Positions 48,179-57,264 of a stretch of DNA of 64,000 nt are shown one piece after another. The notes beneath the pieces were generated by a model. It was not told the origin of the DNA, did not search any database, and saw only the letters and a list, made by a program, of their open reading frames with translations. The stretch lies in IMG/VR virus record IMGVR_UViG_3300037336_000025, positions 64,001 to 128,000 of that record; one strand, written 5' to 3'. Both the position numbers and the translations under genes were made by a program. This stretch comes from a virus. Every line of letters starts with the position of its first letter. Within the stretch, counting starts at the first letter, position 1.

Positions 48179-49069
48179 ATGGCAAGAAAAATCACAGGCG
48201 GACTGGCAGGTAGTTCGACATTTGTAGGAACTATTCAGATTTCGGCCAATGCAGAACTTGCTACAGCAGACGATCAAGATATTACCATTAGTCCTGGAGC
48301 TGGCGGCATATTAATTTCTACCACGGCTTTTGAGTTAAGCACCCAGAGCGAGTTAAGATTTTCAGATGCTGATAGTTCAAATTGGGTAGGTTTTAAACCT
48401 CCTGCAACTATTGTATCAGACGTAATCTGGACATTACCGGCAACTGACGGATCTATCGGTCAGGTATTAACTACAAATGCAGCAGGTACACTAAGTTGGT
48501 CATCGAAGTCAGTTATAATTGGTGATGAAATTACTACAGCAACTTTTCAGTATCCGTTGTTTACCACTGCTACATCAGGCGCAGCAACATCAGTTAGTGT
48601 GTCGAGTTCAAAACTGACATATCAACCTAGTACCGGAACAGTATCTTCCTCTGAACTAAGAGCTAGTGCTTCTACAGGGTCATCAAGTAAGACTACGGGC
48701 GCATTAGTTGTAACTGGCGGAGCAGGCATTGGTGGATCACTATATGTAGGCGGCGATATTGTTGCATTTGCTGCTTCTGATATTAGACTAAAAGAAAATA
48801 TTACAAAAATTGATAATAGCTTAGAAAAACTATTAAAAATATCAGGATATGAGTATTACTGGAATAGCATTGCGCAAGAACTACATCCAGAGCGAACTAC
48901 GCTAGACGTGGGAGTTATTGCTCAAGAAGTAAAGGAAGTATTGCCATCAGCTGTAGTCCAAAGAGACGACGGGTATCTTGCTGTAAATTATGATAAGATA
49001 ATTCCTTTGTTAATAGAGTCTATTAAAACTCTAAAAGAAGAAATTGACAATATTAAAAGAGAGATTTAA
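48179..49069 (+). CDS. Tail fibre protein with C-terminal intramolecular chaperone (peptidase S74)
   Basis: ASDIRLKENITKIDNSLEKLLKISGYEYYWN...DVGVIAQEVKEVLPSAV...YLAVNYDKIIPLLIESIKTL. Confidence 0.88.
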   Translation: MARKITGGLAGSSTFVGTIQISANAELATADDQDITISPGAGGILISTTAFELSTQSELRFSDADSSNWVGFKPPATIVSDVIWTLPATDGSIGQVLTTNAAGTLSWSSKSVIIGDEITTATFQYPLFTTATSGAATSVSVSSSKLTYQPSTGTVSSSELRASASTGSSSKTTGALVVTGGAGIGGSLYVGGDIVAFAASDIRLKENITKIDNSLEKLLKISGYEYYWNSIAQELHPERTTLDVGVIAQEVKEVLPSAVVQRDDGYLAVNYDKIIPLLIESIKTLKEEIDNIKREI

Positions 49070-49071
49070 TA

Positions 49072-49899
49072 ATGGCAGTGCAACTATCAAATTGCGGTAT
49101 TATTTATTCCAACAATCAACATAAGTGTACGATTGAAGAAAAAATAGAAGTTTATGTTTATAACGGAAACCATTGGTCGCCTGCAAATGGTGGCAGATGT
49201 TGTGGCTGGGTTGTGCCTACAGGGACTACTTCTATAAAGTTTGAAATACTATCAGGCGGCGGGCCAGGTGGCTCATCAGGCGGCGACTATGATTATGGTA
49301 TAGGCGGACAGGGCGGCAATTATACTGCAAAAACACTACAAAAATCAGTGCATGGATTTACAGATGGTCAAACATATACAGTATGCGCCGCTGGCACATC
49401 GGATTGTAGTTGCTGTTGTTCGTGTAACGTAAACTGCCGTCATGGATGCACAGGTTGGGTCCAAGGAACAGGTCTAAGTAATTTCTGCGCTATTGGCGGC
49501 ATGGGTGGCCCAACGATCTGGGACAAGATGAGTCAATGTTATAACTGTCACATTGGCAATGTCCAGTGTGATCTAGGATTATACAACGATAGCTGGCAGG
49601 CAAATGCCTGCAACTCACCGACTTATGGCGGCGATATGGAATTTAGAGGTACAGCTGGATCTATGAACCGACAGTACGACTGTTGTGCAGACCACTTCTC
49701 AGTTGCAGGTTCTCCATCAGGACCAATAAGTGCTGCCCACGGCGTAGGCGGAAAGCATCCATGTGTTGGCAACTTAGCCTGTTGTTCTGCACATGCGGCT
49801 TATCCAGGTGGCGGCGGAGCAGGTCACTCAACAATGTCATCAAGTGCATGTTGGGGCAGCTTTGGTGCCGGCGGCCTAGTTAAAATAACATATAGTTAA
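49072..49899 (+). CDS. Cys/Gly-rich fibre-tip-like protein, copy 1 (23 Cys in 275 aa)
   Basis: Glycine-rich-domain frame (VPTGTTSIKFEILSGGGPGG...GAGGLVKITYS) with CC and CSCCCSC motifs; follows the S74 fibre gene. Confidence 0.6.
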   Translation: MAVQLSNCGIIYSNNQHKCTIEEKIEVYVYNGNHWSPANGGRCCGWVVPTGTTSIKFEILSGGGPGGSSGGDYDYGIGGQGGNYTAKTLQKSVHGFTDGQTYTVCAAGTSDCSCCCSCNVNCRHGCTGWVQGTGLSNFCAIGGMGGPTIWDKMSQCYNCHIGNVQCDLGLYNDSWQANACNSPTYGGDMEFRGTAGSMNRQYDCCADHFSVAGSPSGPISAAHGVGGKHPCVGNLACCSAHAAYPGGGGAGHSTMSSSACWGSFGAGGLVKITYS

Positions 49900-49914
49900 G
49901 AGGAAATAAAAAAA

Positions 49915-50742
49915 ATGCCAGTACAATTATCAAATAACGGTATAGTATATGCTAATGGACAGCACCAATGCGCAATTGCTGAAGTTAAAGAAATATGGGT
50001 ATATAATACAAACAACTGGACGCCAGAAAACGGCGGAAGATGCTGTCAATTTATAGCCCCAGCAGGAACTACTTCTATAAAGTTTGAAATATTATCAGGA
50101 GGCGGCCCAGGCGGCTCCTCAGGTGGTGACTATGACCACGGTGTAGGAGGCGCAGGCGGCAATTATACCGCAAAGACATTGACTAAATCAGTGCATGGAT
50201 TTGGAGATGGTACTGGGTATACTGTGTGTGCTGCTGGTTCGTCAAACTGTAGCTGCTGCTGTTCATGTAACATGAACTGCCGTCATGGATGTACTAGTTG
50301 GGTTCAGGGAACTGGCCTAAGTAATTTCTGTGCAATTGGCGGCATGGGCGGCTCAACTAGCTGGGATATGACATCAAACTGTTATAACTGTCATATTGGT
50401 AATACTCAATGTGACTTAGGTAACTACAACGCAGGTTGGGTCAACCATAGCTGCAACTCACCAACTTATGGCGGCGATATTGAATTTAGAGGAACTACGG
50501 GATCATTTAACAGGCAGTATAACTGTTGTGCAGATGCATTCTCAGTAGCAGGTGGACCAAGTGGACCATTTACTGCTCCTCATGGCGTAGGCGGAAAACA
50601 TCGATGTGTTGGGAACTTAGCCTGTTGCTCTGCACACGCGGCGTTCCCAGGTGGCGGGGGCGCGGGACACGCAACAGACGCAACAAGTGCATGTTGGGGT
50701 AGTTTTGGCGCAGGCGGCCTAGTTAAAATAACGTATAGTTAA
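49915..50742 (+). CDS. Cys/Gly-rich fibre-tip-like protein, copy 2 (22 Cys in 275 aa)
   Basis: Colinear tandem paralogue of the 49072 ORF; all 22 Cys align. Confidence 0.6.
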   Translation: MPVQLSNNGIVYANGQHQCAIAEVKEIWVYNTNNWTPENGGRCCQFIAPAGTTSIKFEILSGGGPGGSSGGDYDHGVGGAGGNYTAKTLTKSVHGFGDGTGYTVCAAGSSNCSCCCSCNMNCRHGCTSWVQGTGLSNFCAIGGMGGSTSWDMTSNCYNCHIGNTQCDLGNYNAGWVNHSCNSPTYGGDIEFRGTTGSFNRQYNCCADAFSVAGGPSGPFTAPHGVGGKHRCVGNLACCSAHAAFPGGGGAGHATDATSACWGSFGAGGLVKITYS

Positions 50743-50752
50743 GGAGAATAAA

Positions 50753-51469
50753 ATGGCAAAAATAACTAAAATGCTAACATATAGCGTACCAGATGAAATG
50801 TACTCAACTGCAACTACGTTGGGTAAAACTAGTACACAGTTTTACAACGGTCCAGCCGAATTGATACTTTGGATTAGTAAAGATACCGGCCGGGTTACAC
50901 AATCGTGGGAAGCAGAAAATGAGCCAGCACAACCGCTGCCATTGGATCTTAAAAGAGAGATCTTAAAAGCAGACACTGACGAAAACTGTATTAGAATTGG
51001 ATTAATACACAGCGGATTCGACAAGCCAAAAATTTACGAAGTTGCAGTTGGCCCAGCCGATGCGGCAAATGCTACAGTTGTAGATCCGTCCGATGTTAGA
51101 ATAGTTTACAATAGAGAGACTGTAGATAGCGACTATACTGCACCTCTTTCGTTCTTTGAGTACCTACGAGATAGGTCAATAGAGTTTACTAAAATTGGAA
51201 GAAACTCACTATTAGCAGCTAGTGACGGTAGACTTGCATCAGATATGCCTGCTGCATTAAAAGAACAATGGATGACATACAGACAAAAACTTAGAGATTT
51301 GCCAGCTGATTGGGCAGGAGTTCCAGGCTACCTAATAAGATTTCCAATGAGCCCCGATGACTCTGTTGATATGGAATTTAATGACCCATACGTTGATGTT
51401 ATTAGAATTGCTGATAGAACTGATATAGACAATGATGCATTGTCACAGCTACCTGCTGGCGTTAAGTAA
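50753..51469 (+). CDS. Tail fibre assembly chaperone
   Basis: RNSLLAASDGRLASDMPAALKEQWMTYRQKLRDLPA is the phage tail-assembly-chaperone pattern (R...L..SD......W..YRQ.LRDLP). Confidence 0.8.
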   Translation: MAKITKMLTYSVPDEMYSTATTLGKTSTQFYNGPAELILWISKDTGRVTQSWEAENEPAQPLPLDLKREILKADTDENCIRIGLIHSGFDKPKIYEVAVGPADAANATVVDPSDVRIVYNRETVDSDYTAPLSFFEYLRDRSIEFTKIGRNSLLAASDGRLASDMPAALKEQWMTYRQKLRDLPADWAGVPGYLIRFPMSPDDSVDMEFNDPYVDVIRIADRTDIDNDALSQLPAGVK

Positions 51470-51585
51470 TCTTAAATAGTATTATGCTGGAAACGGCACA
51501 ATACTTAACAGCCACATTGTTCTTAGAGGTACATACTTCACAATAAATATTATAATACGATGAGTTATCAAAGGTTATAATATTA

Positions 51586-52572
51586 ATGAAAAAAGCATTT
51601 TTTATAAATGGCGGCGCAGGCAGAGTACTATGTGCAATTCCCGCACTAGAATATTACGTCAAACATATCGATCCGACTGTAGTTATTATTGTCGAAGGTT
51701 GGATCGATTTATATTTAACTAGCAAAATCTTAGCAAGTAATGTACATCCTGCTAACGACCCGAATCTTTTTGAAAAATTAAAAGACAGAGAAATAATTAC
51801 TCCCGAACCGTACAAACTAAACGCATACTTTACTCAACGATGCAATCTTGTCCAAGCATTTGATATGTTGATTAACTACGACGTTCCGCCCGAAACTATT
51901 CCAGAAACAAAAGAATACAATATCTTTATTGGTAAAAAAGACATTGTAACATCAAACGAACTAGTTAATGAAGCTAGGAATCATTTTAAAAAGCAACAAG
52001 TAGTAATATTTCAACCATTCGGATCTACAGCTAGAATACAAGGCGATGTTATAATTGACGAAAGTGGTAGATCATTTGAAGTTGACGATATTATAAAAAT
52101 ACTCGAAGAACTGAATAAAAATTACGCCGTTATAATGATGAGCGAGTTAAAAATTCCTACAAATAAAGCATTAGGAGTAATGGTTCCGGAGAGTGTTAGC
52201 CTATTACAATGGACCGGAATTGTTAATGCTGCTGATTATTTTTTAGGTTGCGACTCAGTTGGACAACATATTGCACATGCTCTAAACAAACCAGGTACAG
52301 TGGTTATAGGCAGCACATTCCCAGAAAATATTTCGTATCCTAGTAGCAGTACACTTACGATACTAGATAATGGCAAAGACGAAAGACGATATTCTCCAAT
52401 AAGAGTTGTAGTAGATATTAGAATTGATAGGCATAACGAAAATTTAATGAAACTTAATGACGAAACTATCAAGACACTTACTAAAGGAATTAAAACTACT
52501 TTAAGTAAAACTACCAGTACATATACTGAACCTAAACAACTTGCTGGTTGTTCTACTCCCGGTTGTTCTTAA
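51586..52572 (+). CDS. GT-B glycosyltransferase, GT9 (heptosyltransferase)-like
   Basis: GGAGRVLCAIPAL, VIFQPFGS, IVNAADYFLGCDSVGQHIAHALNKPGTVVIGSTFP match the GT9 D-S-G-x-x-H-x-A-x-A-L-x-x-P pattern. Confidence 0.7.
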   Translation: MKKAFFINGGAGRVLCAIPALEYYVKHIDPTVVIIVEGWIDLYLTSKILASNVHPANDPNLFEKLKDREIITPEPYKLNAYFTQRCNLVQAFDMLINYDVPPETIPETKEYNIFIGKKDIVTSNELVNEARNHFKKQQVVIFQPFGSTARIQGDVIIDESGRSFEVDDIIKILEELNKNYAVIMMSELKIPTNKALGVMVPESVSLLQWTGIVNAADYFLGCDSVGQHIAHALNKPGTVVIGSTFPENISYPSSSTLTILDNGKDERRYSPIRVVVDIRIDRHNENLMKLNDETIKTLTKGIKTTLSKTTSTYTEPKQLAGCSTPGCS

Positions 52573-52595
52573 AATAAATGCTACAAGGAAAAATA

Positions 52596-54407
52596 ATGCA
52601 AAAAACAGGTTATATCGCAGGTATTGCTCGAGGACATAATGCAGGAGTTTGTCTTTTAAAAGATGGAGAAATTGTATTTGCTATCGAAGAAGAAAGATTA
52701 ACTCGACAGAAGTATGACGGCGGCCCGTTTGCTAGCATTTTAAAAATACTTGACTATACTGATAAAATTGATTATTTGGTAATTTCACACACTGATGAAT
52801 GTAATGCAAGAGTTGATTACACTGGTGAAAATATTTATTCTTCTCTAGCAAGAAAAGTTGGGCTGATTGATGATGTTAGTACACAAGTAGCTGAGTACCA
52901 TGATCAACATCATAGAAATCATGCTGCATGTGCATTTTATAGATCTGGGTTTGATAAAGCAAGTGCTATTATTGTAGATGGTGCTGGCACTTTTATTAAA
53001 CGTCACGATGGCGACACAATGTGGGAAGTAGAAAGTATATATGACGTATCATATCCTTCAGTGTTTACAGAAGTGTATAAACACTGTGCTGGAAACGGAC
53101 CGTGGGCAACTGAGATTCACCATAACGGATGTGAAGTTGTAATTAGTGATAGAGCAGGCATTGTTAAAGCATACGAAGCCGTTACTAGATTTTGCGGGTG
53201 GCATTCAATCGAAGCAGGTAAAACTATGGGACTATTCCCATACGGTGAACCAAATAAAGCACCAAAGATTTATGAAAAAATTGGTGCAAATAAGAATTTA
53301 ATCGTACCAACCTATCCCAATGGAGCATTGGTCAATGAAGAACTATACGACGAGCTAGATGATAGGCTACATAATCCAACAGTAATTCATAGAGCAGTAA
53401 CAGACCCTACTGATCAACAACAGAGGCAGCGTTACGAACAACAAATGCTTGAAGCTAATGCAGAAGATGTAACGCTATTGTCCTCTAGAAGAAATATGGC
53501 GTACAATGTTCAAACTGAATCTCAGCAATTGGTGCTAGACTTAATTCTAAAATCAATTGAACGTACTGGCAATAAAAATATTGTTATTAGCGGAGGATAT
53601 GCTTTAAATTGCGTAGCTAACTATTTCTATCTACAGCACTTACCAAAAGGCGTAAAGATATATGTTGAGCCAATATCAAGCGATGCTGGCACCGCAATGG
53701 GTGCAGCACTTTATCATTACTATAAAGTTACACAAGATAGGAAAATTAGAGATAAAGACGAAGGACTATATCTTGGGCCAGTGCAGCGCATTACTGAAGA
53801 TGCAGTGATAGAGACTGCAAGCAAATACGGCGGAAGCGTAACACTAGATGTTGATTACAAAGACATTATTAATACTATCCGATCAAAGAACATTGTAGCA
53901 TTATTTCAAGAAAGATGTGAAAACGGACCGCGTGCATTAGGCAATCGATCACTGATGTTTGATCCAACATTTACAGATGGTAAAGATTTTGTTAATTTAA
54001 TTAAGAAGCGAGAATACTTTAGACCATTTGCTGCATCTGTACTACAGGACGATGTGCATGATTGGTTCGATCTAAGAGGCATGGAAGATTCTCCTTCGAT
54101 GATGTATGCTGTTAATTGTCAGCCGGGAATAGAAGAAAAGATTCCAGCAGTTATACACATCGATGGTACATGTAGAATTCAAACTGTAACTGAAGAGCAA
54201 AACTTTCATTGGTATAATTTAATTAAAGAATTTAAAAATCAAACAGGAGTTCCTGCATTGTTTAATACTAGTTTTAATTTAGGCGGTGAGCCATTAGTTG
54301 AAACTATTGACGATGCTATGCGTACTCTGTATAATTCCGGAATTAATTACATCTATTTCCCGGCAGTTAGAATGCTGGTAGAGATTGAGCATAATGCTAG
54401 AGCATGA
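52596..54407 (+). CDS. O-carbamoyltransferase, NodU/CmcH/TobZ family
   Basis: HNAGVCLLKDGEIVFAIEEERLTRQK, HHRNHA, VDGAG, EAGKTMGL, SGGYALNCVAN, SDAGTAMGAA, GPRALGNRS, KREYFRPFA, HIDGTCRIQTV, NTSFNLGGEPLVET. The start at ATG 52596 has an AAGGA SD. Confidence 0.92.
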   Translation: MQKTGYIAGIARGHNAGVCLLKDGEIVFAIEEERLTRQKYDGGPFASILKILDYTDKIDYLVISHTDECNARVDYTGENIYSSLARKVGLIDDVSTQVAEYHDQHHRNHAACAFYRSGFDKASAIIVDGAGTFIKRHDGDTMWEVESIYDVSYPSVFTEVYKHCAGNGPWATEIHHNGCEVVISDRAGIVKAYEAVTRFCGWHSIEAGKTMGLFPYGEPNKAPKIYEKIGANKNLIVPTYPNGALVNEELYDELDDRLHNPTVIHRAVTDPTDQQQRQRYEQQMLEANAEDVTLLSSRRNMAYNVQTESQQLVLDLILKSIERTGNKNIVISGGYALNCVANYFYLQHLPKGVKIYVEPISSDAGTAMGAALYHYYKVTQDRKIRDKDEGLYLGPVQRITEDAVIETASKYGGSVTLDVDYKDIINTIRSKNIVALFQERCENGPRALGNRSLMFDPTFTDGKDFVNLIKKREYFRPFAASVLQDDVHDWFDLRGMEDSPSMMYAVNCQPGIEEKIPAVIHIDGTCRIQTVTEEQNFHWYNLIKEFKNQTGVPALFNTSFNLGGEPLVETIDDAMRTLYNSGINYIYFPAVRMLVEIEHNARA

Positions 54408-54994
54408 TTAAAAAAATAAATGAATGCGACATATTTGCAATCAATCCTAATTTTAAAGTATGTGTACATCAATTAGGCGATTCCAAATGCGTTATTGTTG
54501 ATGACTTTTATGTTAATCCTGAAAAGATTAGAGAATTGACCCTTTCTATTCCTGCATCAAAAAGCATGATTAGAAATACTTACCCAGGATTATCAATCAG
54601 TCTTGGAATTAATCTAACAGGGTTAGCAGAAACATTTGTTAAATTAATCAATGAGAATTTTAATGATGGTCCTCGAAAGACTAGTAACGATATACGTGAA
54701 GCGTTTAATTTCATGCCATTTTTAGTAAATGTAATGCAAGGACAAGACCAGCCAACGCCTCATCGAGATAGTGCAAATCCTGGAAGATTTGCAGCATCGA
54801 TATATTTAAATTACAACAACGAATCACGCGGCGGCACTGCGTTCTATTCTGAAAACGGGCAGGAACTAGGTTATGCAGAAATGATGTTTAATAGATTAGT
54901 ATTATATAGACAGACTGATGTACATACAGCAGTAATGCAACCTGATTGGTTTGTTGGCGATTCTTATAGAATTAATCAAATGATGTTTATTTAA
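54404..54994 (+). CDS. 2OG-Fe(II) oxygenase-like protein
   Basis: VDDFYVNP...YPG...PHRDS (HxD)...ASIYLN...GGTAFY...FNRLVLY...H. Confidence 0.7.
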   Translation: MIKKINECDIFAINPNFKVCVHQLGDSKCVIVDDFYVNPEKIRELTLSIPASKSMIRNTYPGLSISLGINLTGLAETFVKLINENFNDGPRKTSNDIREAFNFMPFLVNVMQGQDQPTPHRDSANPGRFAASIYLNYNNESRGGTAFYSENGQELGYAEMMFNRLVLYRQTDVHTAVMQPDWFVGDSYRINQMMFI

Positions 54995-55008
54995 ATACGG
55001 AATAAAAT

Positions 55009-55638
55009 ATGAACAACGAAAATGAAGCTAAAATTTATTCGTTATTTCCTACGCCTTTTTATACCTATAAAACAGAAAATAGGGAATATGCTGAGATACA
55101 AACCGAATTGCAAACTGTAGTTGATAAACTTTATTTAGAAGATCAATGGGGGCAAAATCCACATTGGAATTCTAACACCAATTGTCTGTCTAATAAAGGT
55201 AATTTTGGAGAGTCTATTTTACGAGTCGAAGAAATGAGGGCAGTTACGTCATGTATTATGCATAATTGTCTCAATTATATGAGAATGATGAATGTTAAAC
55301 CTCTTTATAAGCCTGCAATTGAATCCTCATGGCTAACACTAACCAAACCCGGTCAGTATGTTCATCTTCATGATCACGGGACCAGTCATATTAGCGGAGT
55401 ATATTGGTTCAAGACAAATGGTCAAGATGGTGATATAGTTTTTAGAAATGCGCTTAAAGCATTAAAATGTAATCCAATCGGAAGTTCATATGCTCATGAA
55501 AACGCATTCTCTCCGGATCAAGGCAGAATAAGTATGTGGCCATGCTATTTAGATCATAGCGTTGATGAAAATAAAACTAATGAAGATCGTATTAGTTTAT
55601 CTTTCAATATTTTATTAGAAACCGGAGCAACTAATTAA
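55009..55638 (+). CDS. 2OG-Fe(II) oxygenase, TIGR02466-like
   Basis: LFPTPFY...SWL...PGQYVHLHDH...ISGVYW...WPCYLDHSVDEN...RISLSFNI. Confidence 0.8.
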   Translation: MNNENEAKIYSLFPTPFYTYKTENREYAEIQTELQTVVDKLYLEDQWGQNPHWNSNTNCLSNKGNFGESILRVEEMRAVTSCIMHNCLNYMRMMNVKPLYKPAIESSWLTLTKPGQYVHLHDHGTSHISGVYWFKTNGQDGDIVFRNALKALKCNPIGSSYAHENAFSPDQGRISMWPCYLDHSVDENKTNEDRISLSFNILLETGATN

Positions 55639-56363
55639 TGTTATATATTTTCGGCGACAGTTTTAGTTTACCCAATGCTCATAAGGATGAAGTTATTGGG
55701 ATTAACGGCCCGGTAACGTTCATGCCTTTAGAAAAGAATTGGACCGATATTGTTTTTGAAAGTTTTACTGGAGATAGCGATTATATAAATGACGCTGTAG
55801 CTGGCTGTGCCAATGAGTATATTTTCCATACCCTAAGAAGTCGTGAACCGTCATTTAAAAGTGGTGACTATGTTATAATACAACTTACTTCTTATTACAG
55901 AGAATGGTTCTTTGAAGATAACCCAGACATGGGAAACTTCCTAAATGCAAAATTTGTGCCCGGAATTCATGTTACAAAAGAACAAGCCGAAGCATTAGAA
56001 ATGTATAAAAAATATTTATATTCCGATCACCGCCTTTTAATACACTATGATGCAATTCTTGATGCGATAACTTTTAGAACTAAACTATATGCACAGCAAG
56101 GTGTTCGATGTTTGATTCTACCAGGGTTTCACTCCGTTACAGGAGTAGAAGGCACTATGTTTAACACTTCAAGCTCTGAGTTTGACTACGATGAAACGGC
56201 TGCGATATATCGTGCAGCAACTGGCGACCTGCGTTTTAATCACTTTTCAGAAGTTAATCATAAAATTTTAGCAGACAAAGTAATTGACTTCTTTAACACT
56301 GGTAATACTGTAGATCTCACAAGTAATTTTAAAACTGGCTTGTACACCAAAGACAATATCTAA
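55638..56363 (+). CDS. SGNH/GDSL-like hydrolase or acyltransferase
   Basis: N-terminal IFGDSFS, AVAGCAN (block II Gly), C-terminal NHFSEVNHKILA. Confidence 0.6.
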   Translation: MLYIFGDSFSLPNAHKDEVIGINGPVTFMPLEKNWTDIVFESFTGDSDYINDAVAGCANEYIFHTLRSREPSFKSGDYVIIQLTSYYREWFFEDNPDMGNFLNAKFVPGIHVTKEQAEALEMYKKYLYSDHRLLIHYDAILDAITFRTKLYAQQGVRCLILPGFHSVTGVEGTMFNTSSSEFDYDETAAIYRAATGDLRFNHFSEVNHKILADKVIDFFNTGNTVDLTSNFKTGLYTKDNI

Positions 56364-56974
56364 TGAAAATACAACTTGAAGGATACCCAATAAGCATTTC
56401 TCGATTGAATCCTGTAGATCTAAAAACGCTACAAGATCATTATCTTCCATTAATACTAAATGGAGAAGAAGATGAATACAAAGGCGATGAAAGTAGAATT
56501 TCTAAAAATGCATCTCAACGCTGGTGCGATGCTGAATTCTTTAAAAAATGGAATGATACAGTACTACCTGGACCTTACATTCAGTCCTACATAGATTCTT
56601 TTATGTTTCAATTTCCGTATAAAGTTGAAATAGATACATGGTATAATGTTCATAATCAATACGATCACCAACAATTGCATAATCATATAACAACTAATGT
56701 ACCAGCATTTTCATGTATAGCGATATTAAAACAACCTAATTTGAATTCGGGCCAGCTTGTTTTTAGGACTCCTAATCTATCGAATCATTTGAAATATTTA
56801 GAATTGGATCCACTAGATCAATATCCGAATGTATATAAGCCACCAATGGAAGAGGGAATATTAATAATATTTCCATCATGCCTCGAACATTATGTATTCT
56901 ATAATCAAACAACTGAATCGAGAGTTGTGTTTGCATCAAACATAGTAATAACAAGACAAGGTAACTTATATTAG
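56363..56974 (+). CDS. 2OG-Fe(II) oxygenase, TIGR02466-like (second copy)
   Basis: TWYNVHNQYDHQQLHNH...FSCIAIL...GQLVF...IFPSCLEHYV..N...RVVFASNI. Confidence 0.75.
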   Translation: MKIQLEGYPISISRLNPVDLKTLQDHYLPLILNGEEDEYKGDESRISKNASQRWCDAEFFKKWNDTVLPGPYIQSYIDSFMFQFPYKVEIDTWYNVHNQYDHQQLHNHITTNVPAFSCIAILKQPNLNSGQLVFRTPNLSNHLKYLELDPLDQYPNVYKPPMEEGILIIFPSCLEHYVFYNQTTESRVVFASNIVITRQGNLY

Positions 56975-56991
56975 TAGATCAAATAAGCATA

Positions 56992-57264
56992 TTATTTTTT
57001 TAAAGTTTTCAACTCTTTACAAAGAACATCAAGTTTTTTCCGTAACTGAGTAATCCCCAATCTAGAGTCTCCTAGCGCCATAGGAATTTGATTACCGGAA
57101 AACATTTCTTGATGTTGATTATCAAGTTTTCTCACTTCGTTAACTAAACTTTTAAGTAATATCTCTGCTTGTGCTCGAATATCACTATTAGCTATAGCAT
57201 CAATACTAGCTTGATACATTTTATATTCTTCTTGAAATCTTTCAGATTTAAGTATTTCTAACAT
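56992..57264 (-). CDS. Hypothetical helical protein (90 aa)
   Basis: ORF overlapping the stop of the upstream minus-strand gene; coiled-coil character. Confidence 0.55.
   Translation of the reverse strand: MLEILKSERFQEEYKMYQASIDAIANSDIRAQAEILLKSLVNEVRKLDNQHQEMFSGNQIPMALGDSRLGITQLRKKLDVLCKELKTLKK

Noticed and set aside
49072-50742. Diversity-generating retroelement template/variable repeat pair
   Set aside because: Both copies are full ORFs, differences are mostly synonymous and involve all four bases rather than adenines only, and there is no reverse transcriptase in the window.
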